Below are positions 17,674-24,999 of a stretch of 64,000 bases of DNA, piece after piece. Each line of letters starts with the position of its first letter. Positions within the stretch are counted from its first letter, which is position 1. The DNA is from a bacterium (GTDB taxonomy: Bacteria > Electryoneota > Electryoneia > Electryoneales > Electryoneaceae). Below the pieces are notes generated by a model. It made no database searches. It saw only the letters and a program-made list of their open reading frames with translations, and had not been told where the DNA came from. Position numbers and translations under genes: made by a program. Where the stretch lies: contig CAXXKJ010000001.1 of the NCBI GenBank assembly GCA_963675295.2, positions 32,043 through 96,042 on the forward strand. Direction: 5' to 3'.

Positions 17674-19548
17674 ATGAGACGACCACTGGTCATGATCGTC
17701 GCAGCGATGCTGTTCGCGACGATCACAAACGCCGTGCCTCCTGTCGAAGACTGGGAAGCGTCCTGCGGCTACAATGATATCGAAGATGTGGTCCGTGGCA
17801 TCACCGCCAGTGCGGACGGCGGATTCCTCGCCGTCGGCACCGCCGATGACAGCACCAACGCGGACGCGTACTACCGATTCACGCAGGACGGCTTCGTGCC
17901 CTGGTTCCAGACTCCGGGCATGGATGATGTTGACCTTTACGATGTCACACAAGATCCCAACCAGGACAACACCTACTACGCCATCGGCACACGCCGGGAC
18001 CCGCAGGACGTGTCGCTGATTCATTTCCACGATCAGAACGACGAATGGACCTGGCTCGACGTGCATCATTACAACCTGCCCTCGGCGTATGGCCTGTCCG
18101 TTGACAACACGCCCGGCGGCGGGCTGGTGATGGGCGGTGAGGTGGATGGACGCGCGTTGCTGATGATCTCCGACGGCAACCTGGACGATCCGACCATCGT
18201 CGAAATCGACATGTACTACCGCCACCGGCTGTATGACGTGAAAGCGACCTCGGACGGAGGCTACATTGGCTGCGGCTTCGTTTTTCCGTCCTCACAGCAT
18301 CCGAAAAGCCAGTTCTGGGTGGTGAAAACCGACGCCAACGGCGCCGTTCAATGGGATTATGTCGCGGGTGGAAATGGCGCGGATACGCTGCGTTCCGTGG
18401 CCGAGGTGCCGAACGGCGACTTTATCGTTTGCGGCACACGCGAAAATTCACCCGGCAACCCGAATTTCTGGACCACCCGGCTGACCGCGGACGGCGCTAA
18501 TGTCTGGACCCGTGAATACGGCTCGTCCAGCGGCGAAGAGTACGGCTTCTGGGTCGACAACGCCCCGGATGATGGCTTCTACCTCGGTGGGACCGCGATC
18601 AACTCCTACAGCAACGGTGCGGACGCATGGCTGGTGCTGCTCAACGAAAACGGGCTGCAGGTGTGGACCGACTACTACGGTGGCGAGAACGATCAGTTCG
18701 CGTACGCGTGGACTCTGCTCCCTGACAACAGCATTGCGGTCGCAGGCAACATGCCGGATGGCGAGGATATGCAGGCATGGGCGGCGCACCTGATGATCCC
18801 GGAGAGCTTCGTCATTGCTATCGAGCCGGATGATCCGGACCTGATCATGCCGGTCGAAGGCGGAACCTTCGGCTACACCGTTTCCGCCGCCAACAACTCC
18901 ACCGTCGGGATGATCAAGGACGCGTGGATCTCGATCATGCACCTCGATACCGGAAACGCGATCGAACTGCAGTATTTCGAGAGCGTCGGCTTTGCTCCAC
19001 TCAACAGCGTCAGCGCGCACCTCAACCAGTACATGCCGGCCGTTGCGCCGCCGGGAACCTACCGCATGTCGCTGTTCGTCGGCAATCACCCGTGGTACCC
19101 GCAGTACATCAACACCTTCGAGTTTGATAAGGAAACCCCGGTACGTACCGACATGAGCGTCTTCGACCATCCCGAGATGTGGCCGTCCACGGTCACCTAC
19201 AGCGAGTTCGATGTCGGCGCGGACATGCTCGCCGGCTTCTCGCCGGGGGTGGATATGCTGGTCACGTCGGACGACGAGCTACCCGCCGAATTCGGCCTCG
19301 GGAACGCCTACCCGAACCCGTTTAACCCAACGACCACGCTGAATGTCACGCTGCCGGAATCCGCCGAGCTGACCGTCACCGTGTACAACATCGCCGGACA
19401 GCAGGTCGCGACCCTCGCGGACGGCACCTTCCCGGCCGGAGCTCACGCGCTGACCTTCGACGGATCGACCCTGTCCAGCGGCGTCTACTTCATCATCGCA
19501 AACGCGAACAGCCAGCTCGCGACGCAGAAGGTCGTCCTGATGAAGTAA
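17674..19548 (+). CDS. T9SS cargo: beta-propeller-like head + pre-CTD module + sorting domain
   Basis: ORF 17386..19548; ATG 17674 is preferred (GGGAGC upstream, signal peptide MRRPLVMIVAAMLFATITNA). Blades carry SADGGFLAVG and TSDGGYIGCG. The module reads MPVEGGTFGYTV...MPAVAPPGTYRMSLFVGNHPW. The CTD is at 19306..19545. Confidence 0.88.
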   Translation: MRRPLVMIVAAMLFATITNAVPPVEDWEASCGYNDIEDVVRGITASADGGFLAVGTADDSTNADAYYRFTQDGFVPWFQTPGMDDVDLYDVTQDPNQDNTYYAIGTRRDPQDVSLIHFHDQNDEWTWLDVHHYNLPSAYGLSVDNTPGGGLVMGGEVDGRALLMISDGNLDDPTIVEIDMYYRHRLYDVKATSDGGYIGCGFVFPSSQHPKSQFWVVKTDANGAVQWDYVAGGNGADTLRSVAEVPNGDFIVCGTRENSPGNPNFWTTRLTADGANVWTREYGSSSGEEYGFWVDNAPDDGFYLGGTAINSYSNGADAWLVLLNENGLQVWTDYYGGENDQFAYAWTLLPDNSIAVAGNMPDGEDMQAWAAHLMIPESFVIAIEPDDPDLIMPVEGGTFGYTVSAANNSTVGMIKDAWISIMHLDTGNAIELQYFESVGFAPLNSVSAHLNQYMPAVAPPGTYRMSLFVGNHPWYPQYINTFEFDKETPVRTDMSVFDHPEMWPSTVTYSEFDVGADMLAGFSPGVDMLVTSDDELPAEFGLGNAYPNPFNPTTTLNVTLPESAELTVTVYNIAGQQVATLADGTFPAGAHALTFDGSTLSSGVYFIIANANSQLATQKVVLMK

Positions 19549-19586
19549 TGGCTTGATCAACCATCTCGGCATCCTGTAGAACCTCA

Positions 19587-19615
19587 ACGGGCGGATCAGC
19601 ATCCGCCCGTGTTTG
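19587..19615 (+). terminator. rho-independent terminator
   Basis: ACGGGCGGAT-cagc-ATCCGCCCGT, a 10-bp stem followed by GTTTG. Confidence 0.7.
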
Positions 19616-19669
19616 CTCTGTAAGTTTTCAATGAACCCGTGAAGATCCATCTTCCGTCCAGGAGTCGGC

Positions 19670-21202
19670 ATGAAAACGACCGTCTGGATCACCGGCGACC
19701 AGCTCCGTCCCGATATCAGCGCGCTGCATGGCTGCGATCCCGACGAGACCGTGATCCTGATGGTGGAATCGGTCGAACGGTCCCGTCAGATTCCTTACCA
19801 CAAGCAGAAGCTGACCCTGATCTGGTCGGCGATGCGCCGCTTTGCGGACGAGCTGCGCGAACAAGGGTGGACTGTCGACTATCACGCCGTGCTGGACGAT
19901 TTCGCAGCCGGATTACGCAACCACCTGGAGACACACACTCCCGGACAGATCCGTTTGATGGAGGGCGCGGAATACGGTGTTGCCGACCGGTTGGCCGAGC
20001 TGATCCGTTCCGTCACATCCACTCCGCCGGACATTTCCATCACCCCCAACTCCATGTTTCTGAGCGACAAGGAAACGTTCGCCGAGTGGGCTGCTTCGCG
20101 GAAAACCCTTGTCATGGAACATTTTTACCGTGACCTGCGACGCAAATATGACCTGCTGATGGAGGACGGGAAACCTGCCGGCGGCCAGTGGAACTACGAC
20201 AAATCAAACCGCAAGCCGCCGCCCCAAGATCACAGCTTTCCCGTGGAACCCGAGTTTCCGCCCGATGCCATCACCCGCGACGTGATGGACACAGTCGACA
20301 AGCTGTTCCCTGATCACTTTGGTAATGTGGACGGCTTCAACCTCCCGGTGACACGGGACGACGCCGACCGTGCGCTGCGGATCTTCCTCGACGAACGGCT
20401 CGACTTGTTCGGCCCGCTGCAGGATGCGATGGTCGCCGGACAGCCGATGATGTACCACAGCCAGCTGAGTCCGCTGCTCAACATCGGGCTGCTGGATCCG
20501 TTGACCGTCTGCCGCGAAGCGGAAAAACGCTACCGGGACGGGTCTGCCAGGCTCGAGTCGGTGGAAGGTTTCATCCGACAGGTGCTGGGGTGGCGGGAAT
20601 TTGTCTACCAGGTTTATCACCATGCCATGCCCGGCTACACCGAACGCAACCAGCTCAACGCGGACCTTCCCCTGCCCTCGTTTTACTGGGACGCCGAAAC
20701 CGACATGCGCTGCGTGCACATTGCCGTCCGCGACTTGATCGAACGCGGAATCAACCATCACATCCAACGCCTGATGGTGACCGGAAACTTCGCCCTGCTC
20801 GCCGGGATCGACCCGCATCAGGTGAACGAGTGGTATTGGCTCGCTTACACCGACGCCTACCAGTGGGTGGTCAGCCCGAATGTGCTTGGCATGGCACTGT
20901 ATGCGGACGGCGGTCTTGTCGCAACCAAGCCGTATGCCGCATCCGCCAACTACATCAATCGCATGAGTGATTATTGCTCGCATTGCCAGTACGATCCGAA
21001 ACAGATCACCGGAGAACAGGCCTGTCCGTTCAACGCCCTGTATTGGGATTTTCTCAACCAGCACCGGGATACGTTCGCCGCCAACCACCGCATGGGCCTG
21101 ATGCTGAAGAACCTCGACCGGAAATCACAAGCCGAACTTGATACGATCACATCTCATGCAGGCGGGATACGAGAACGGATCAGGACGGGGAAACGGTTGT
21201 AA
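19670..21202 (+). CDS. cryptochrome/photolyase-family protein, FeS-BCP (PhrB/CryB-like (6-4) photolyase) type
   Basis: 510 aa, N-terminus MKTTVWITGDQL. This is the COG3046-type architecture. The Cys pattern DMRC...CSHC-x13-C (CSHCQYDPKQITGEQAC) has the CxxC-x13-C spacing of the [4Fe-4S] ligands in PhrB-type enzymes, as I recall it. Confidence 0.8.
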   Translation: MKTTVWITGDQLRPDISALHGCDPDETVILMVESVERSRQIPYHKQKLTLIWSAMRRFADELREQGWTVDYHAVLDDFAAGLRNHLETHTPGQIRLMEGAEYGVADRLAELIRSVTSTPPDISITPNSMFLSDKETFAEWAASRKTLVMEHFYRDLRRKYDLLMEDGKPAGGQWNYDKSNRKPPPQDHSFPVEPEFPPDAITRDVMDTVDKLFPDHFGNVDGFNLPVTRDDADRALRIFLDERLDLFGPLQDAMVAGQPMMYHSQLSPLLNIGLLDPLTVCREAEKRYRDGSARLESVEGFIRQVLGWREFVYQVYHHAMPGYTERNQLNADLPLPSFYWDAETDMRCVHIAVRDLIERGINHHIQRLMVTGNFALLAGIDPHQVNEWYWLAYTDAYQWVVSPNVLGMALYADGGLVATKPYAASANYINRMSDYCSHCQYDPKQITGEQACPFNALYWDFLNQHRDTFAANHRMGLMLKNLDRKSQAELDTITSHAGGIRERIRTGKRL

Positions 21203-21270
21203 CCAGGATTGACTGGAAAACACTCTAATGAAACCGTCAAGCCGAGATTAATCAAATGACCCACGAACAC

Positions 21271-21334
21271 CCGCGTTGTCGAGCCAACACGGGCAAGAGT
21301 CAGTAGGTCCGCGTCAGCAAGCTGACACGGGCAC
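21271..21334 (-). repeat. REP-B hairpin pair (inverted orientation relative to the 61.1-kb copies)
   Basis: The reverse complement of 21308..21334 is GTGCCCGTGTCAGCTTGCTGACGCGGA, identical to 61101..61127. The reverse complement of 21271..21295 is TGCCCGTGTTG-gctcga-CAACGCGG. The two copies are 38 nt apart, as in the pair at 61101/61139. Confidence 0.8.
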
Positions 21335-21477
21335 ATAGTTCTTCCGCAGCCCGCAGCCCACCGATTACCGACAACCGAACACTGCCCCCCGTCTCCCCGG
21401 GAGTCCCGCGTCTTGCACCACCCACCCGGAAATAATTATCCTATTCCAGATCTTTTTATCTTTTTCTCCGGAATACC

Positions 21478-21918
21478 ATGTCGACCATTTTCTCCAAGCC
21501 CACAGGCTACGCCCTGCGCGCGATGATCCACCTCGCGGAACGCCGTGACGACGGCCCGATTCTCGCGTCGGTCATCGCCGAACGGGAAGACATCCCCGCG
21601 CCGTTCCTCGGCAAGGTGATGGGCAAGCTGGCGCAGGCGGGATTTGTCGATTCGATGCGCGGGCCGAACGGTGGCTATCATCTCATCCGGGAGCCTGAAA
21701 CCATTACCCTGCGCGACATTTCGGAGTTGTTCGAGACGCAGACCAGTGGACGGGAATGCCTGCTCGGCTGGAAAACCTGCCCGGGTCCGAAGTACTGCGC
21801 CGTCCATCAACGCTGGCTCGAGCCGCAACGCCACATCGACCGTTTCCTCGACGGCACCACTCTCGGGGATATCGTTGAGGGCGAACGGAAACGGCGGCAA
21901 AAGCTGAAACGGGCGTAG
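21478..21918 (+). CDS. Rrf2-family transcriptional regulator (IscR/NsrR-like)
   Basis: N-terminal wHTH region KPTGYALRAMIHLAER...IPAPFLGKVMGKLAQAGFVDSMRGPNGGY. Three C-terminal Cys (CLLGWKTCPGPKYC) are consistent with an Fe-S-binding Rrf2 protein. Confidence 0.88.
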   Translation: MSTIFSKPTGYALRAMIHLAERRDDGPILASVIAEREDIPAPFLGKVMGKLAQAGFVDSMRGPNGGYHLIREPETITLRDISELFETQTSGRECLLGWKTCPGPKYCAVHQRWLEPQRHIDRFLDGTTLGDIVEGERKRRQKLKRA

Positions 21919-22002
21919 GGACAGGCAGCACGGGCGCTTATCTCCGCTTAGGGAAGCGCTGGTCACGCGAGGGCGTCATCACGAGGGTGTCATCGCGAGG
22001 GT

Positions 22003-22103
22003 GTCATCCTGAATCCGGCGCAGCCGGATGAAGGATCTCCAGATTAGCCCAACCGTATCGACGCTGGAGATTTTTCACTGCACGTCGTTCCGTTCAGACT
22101 GAC
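22003..22103. repeat. MITE-like palindromic element, copy 1
   Basis: Termini GTCATCCTGAAT...CGTTCAGACTGAC with inner inverted arms GAAGGATCTCCAG / CTGGAGATTTTTCAC. It is homologous to 44204..44294 and 36977..37098. A 14-nt unit, GAGGG(C/T)GTCATC(A/G)C, is triplicated at its left edge (21969..22010). Confidence 0.7.
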
Positions 22104-22252
22104 ATAGGTGTCGCAGCTTGACGGGCTACTACCGGGCACTCATTACGGGCTTTGTCGCCAAAGTTCACATGCTGCGCAACCGATTGATTTCGTAAGTTGA
22201 CGATATTGAGCCTGCTGCATGCGGCTCACAGGGGATAGAGGGACGTCCTTCC

Positions 22253-24796
22253 ATGCCGGTCATCGAGGGTCCACAGCAGAACACTCAGCCCGCCGCCACG
22301 CCAACCGTGGACGGTGTGCCCGCGTGCCACCATTGCGGCCTGCCCTGCGACACGACCGATGTCGAATTCGAGGGCAAGCATTTCTGCTGCAATGGCTGCA
22401 AGGCGGTCTATGAGCTGCTGTCCTCCCGTGACCTCTGCGCCTACTATGACCTCAACGAAACCCCCGGCGCGACGATCCGTGAGGATGATGAAGCCGCGAC
22501 CATCAAATGGGGCTTCCTCGACCACGAGGACGTCAAGGCAAAGCTGCTCGAGTTTTCGGACGGCGGCATTTCCAAGGCGACCTTCACCGTTCCGCACATG
22601 CACTGTGCGTCGTGTATCTACATCCTCGAGGAACTCAGCCGGCTGCACAGCGGCGTGGTCAACTCACGCGTCAACTTCCTCAAGAAGCAGGTGACCGTTA
22701 CCTGGCGGGACGCCGACATCTCCCTGCGTGGCGTGGTGCAACTGCTGTCGTCCATCGGCTACGAACCGCGCATCCAGCTCGAAGCGATCGACCGCAAGGA
22801 ACACAAGTCCGAAGCCCGCAAGCTGCTGATTCAGCTTGGTGTCGCCGGATTCGCCTTCGGCAACATCATGCTGATGAGCTTCCCGGAGTACCTGACCTTC
22901 GGCGGACGGGTCGAACCGTTCCTCGCGAACGCGTTCGGCTACCTCAACATGCTGCTCGCGTTGCCGGTGGTGTTCTATTCCGCGAACGGCTATTTGAGCC
23001 GAGCATGGAAGGGCCTGCGAGCGAAGACGATCAACCTCGACGTGCCGATCAGCCTCGGCGTCCTCGCGTTGTTCCTGCGCAGCAGCTACGAAGTCATCTT
23101 CAACGCCGGCAGCGGCTACTTCGACTCCCTCGCCGGGCTGGTCTTCCTGCTGCTGGTGGGACGCTACATCCAGGAACGCACCTACGCCGCGCTGTCGTTC
23201 GATCGCGATTACCGCAGTTATTTCCCGCTGGCGGTGATGCGCCGGGACGGGCACGGCGACGAACAATCAATCCCCGTCACCGAGATCAACGTTGGCGACC
23301 GGATCGTGGTCCGCAAGGGTGAATTGATCCCGGCGGACAGCATCCTGATTGAAGGCGACGGCGACATCGACTACTCCTTCGTCACCGGCGAATCGGACCC
23401 GGTGCGCAAGGAATCGGGCGACGTGATCTACGCCGGCGGACGGCAAACCTCCGGCCGGCTCGAGATGGAAGTGATCGAAGAGGTGAGCCGCTCGTACCTC
23501 GTGCGGCTGTGGAACCAGGATGCCGCGAACACCGGCCCGGAAAGTCGGTTTAACACGCTGACCGAAAAGATCAGCGGCTGGTTTACCGGGGTGGTGCTGG
23601 CGATCGCGACCATCGCCGCACTGTTCTGGGTGCCGTCCGGCGTCGGGCACGCGATCTACATTTTCACCGCCGTGCTGATCGTGGCCTGCCCGTGCGCGCT
23701 CGCGCTGGCGACGCCGTTCACGCTGGGTACCGCGATGCGCATCCTCGGCGCGAGCCGGGTGTACCTGAAACGTGCGTCTGTCGTCGAAACCCTCGCCCGT
23801 ATCACACACATCGTGTTCGACAAGACCGGTACGCTGACCGAAACCGGCGGCGGTGTCGCCGGTTACCAGGGCGAAGAGCTGAACGAGGTCGAGCAGACCT
23901 GGGTCCGTTCCCTCGTGCACCACTCGACGCACCCGATCAGCATGAAGGTCAACGCGTTCCTGCACAACCGGCCCGCGATGAAAATGGACGAGGTCCACGA
24001 AGTCGAGGGCAAGGGATTGTACGGCCGGATCGCCGGATACGAGATCAAGCTCGGGTCCGCCGAATGGGTGGGGGTGGATTTGGACAACACACCAGCGGGT
24101 CCGGAACCCTCAGAGCAGCCGCGTCTGCAAGCAGACACGGGCACTTCGGTTGATACAGATACATTGGACAATGGTGCGACGCCCCGCAACCAGGCGTGGG
24201 TGTCGATCAACGGGCAGGTGAGGGGCGTGTTTACCGTCCAGTCACGCTTCCGCCCGGGTATTGACAGCCTGCTGAACATGCTGGCGAAACACATCAAGCT
24301 GTCACTTCTTTCCGGCGACAACGACCGCGAGCGCCAGCACCTCGCGCAACTGTTTCCGGCGGGCGCGGACCTGCGTTTCCAGCAGGAACCGTTCGCGAAA
24401 CGGGACCGTGTGCGTGAACTTCAGGACAGCGGCGAGCACGTGCTGATGGTCGGGGACGGCCTCAACGACGCCGGCGCGCTGGACGCCGCCGACATCGGCC
24501 TCGTGGTGAGCCAGGATGTCACCGGTTTCTCGCCGGCCTGCGATGCGCTGATGGATCAGGACGCGCTCCGCAACCTCGACAAGTACATCGAATTCGCGCG
24601 GGCGAGCACCAAGGTGATCGTCGCCGCGTTCGTGATTTCCTTTGCCTACAACCTGACCGGGCTCGGCTTCGCGGTGGCGGGGATGTTGTCGCCGTTGGTC
24701 TCCGCGATCATCATGCCGATCAGCTCGATCAGCGTGATTGTGTTCACCACGCTGCTGACGCAATTTCACGCGGCGCGCATCGGGGTGAGACGATGA
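22253..24796 (+). CDS. ccoI: copper-translocating P1B-type ATPase for cbb3 oxidase maturation (CcoI/FixI)
   Basis: Cys-rich N-terminus CHHCGLPC...FCCNGCKAVYELL. HMA-like CxxC (HCASC). TM6 CPC motif (VACPCALALATP). DKTGTLT and GDGLNDAGAL are present. It lies immediately upstream of ccoS and ccoNO. Confidence 0.93.
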   Translation: MPVIEGPQQNTQPAATPTVDGVPACHHCGLPCDTTDVEFEGKHFCCNGCKAVYELLSSRDLCAYYDLNETPGATIREDDEAATIKWGFLDHEDVKAKLLEFSDGGISKATFTVPHMHCASCIYILEELSRLHSGVVNSRVNFLKKQVTVTWRDADISLRGVVQLLSSIGYEPRIQLEAIDRKEHKSEARKLLIQLGVAGFAFGNIMLMSFPEYLTFGGRVEPFLANAFGYLNMLLALPVVFYSANGYLSRAWKGLRAKTINLDVPISLGVLALFLRSSYEVIFNAGSGYFDSLAGLVFLLLVGRYIQERTYAALSFDRDYRSYFPLAVMRRDGHGDEQSIPVTEINVGDRIVVRKGELIPADSILIEGDGDIDYSFVTGESDPVRKESGDVIYAGGRQTSGRLEMEVIEEVSRSYLVRLWNQDAANTGPESRFNTLTEKISGWFTGVVLAIATIAALFWVPSGVGHAIYIFTAVLIVACPCALALATPFTLGTAMRILGASRVYLKRASVVETLARITHIVFDKTGTLTETGGGVAGYQGEELNEVEQTWVRSLVHHSTHPISMKVNAFLHNRPAMKMDEVHEVEGKGLYGRIAGYEIKLGSAEWVGVDLDNTPAGPEPSEQPRLQADTGTSVDTDTLDNGATPRNQAWVSINGQVRGVFTVQSRFRPGIDSLLNMLAKHIKLSLLSGDNDRERQHLAQLFPAGADLRFQQEPFAKRDRVRELQDSGEHVLMVGDGLNDAGALDAADIGLVVSQDVTGFSPACDALMDQDALRNLDKYIEFARASTKVIVAAFVISFAYNLTGLGFAVAGMLSPLVSAIIMPISSISVIVFTTLLTQFHAARIGVRR
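24119..24146 (-). repeat. solo REP-B hairpin inside the ccoI coding sequence
   Basis: The reverse complement is AAGTGCCCGTGT-CTGC-TT-GCAG-ACGCGG. The conserved flanks match the intergenic copies, with a third compensatory inner-stem variant. Confidence 0.75.
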
Positions 24797-24999
24797 GTGT
24801 GATTCTGGTACTGCTCGGCGCGGGGCTGGTGGTCGCGCTGGTGTTTCTCGGCCTCTTCATCTGGGCCGTCAACTCCGGCCAGTACGACGATCCGGTGACT
24901 CCGGGCTGGCGCATCATTCTGGATGACATGAAAAAGAAAAAATCCAAGGATACCGGGAAGCATCTATCCAGGGAGGATAACGATGTCCCACAGCGGTGA
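24793..24999 (+). CDS. ccoS: cbb3 oxidase maturation protein CcoS/FixS
   Basis: 68 aa with a single TM helix followed by WAVNSGQYDD (the CcoS signature). Its start overlaps the ccoI stop. Confidence 0.88.
   Translation: MSVILVLLGAGLVVALVFLGLFIWAVNSGQYDDPVTPGWRIILDDMKKKKSKDTGKHLSREDNDVPQR

Noticed and set aside
19670-21918. Photolyase and Rrf2 regulator as a functional light or redox-sensing pair
   Set aside because: The two genes are separated by a 275-nt spacer carrying REP-B repeats and have separate signals. Adjacency alone does not support a system.
22104-22252. FNR/CRP-type box (TTGAT-N4-ATCAA) upstream of the cco locus
   Set aside because: Only a half-site-like TTGATTTCGTAAGTTGAC is present and there is no matching ATCAA arm. 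I cannot support a site.
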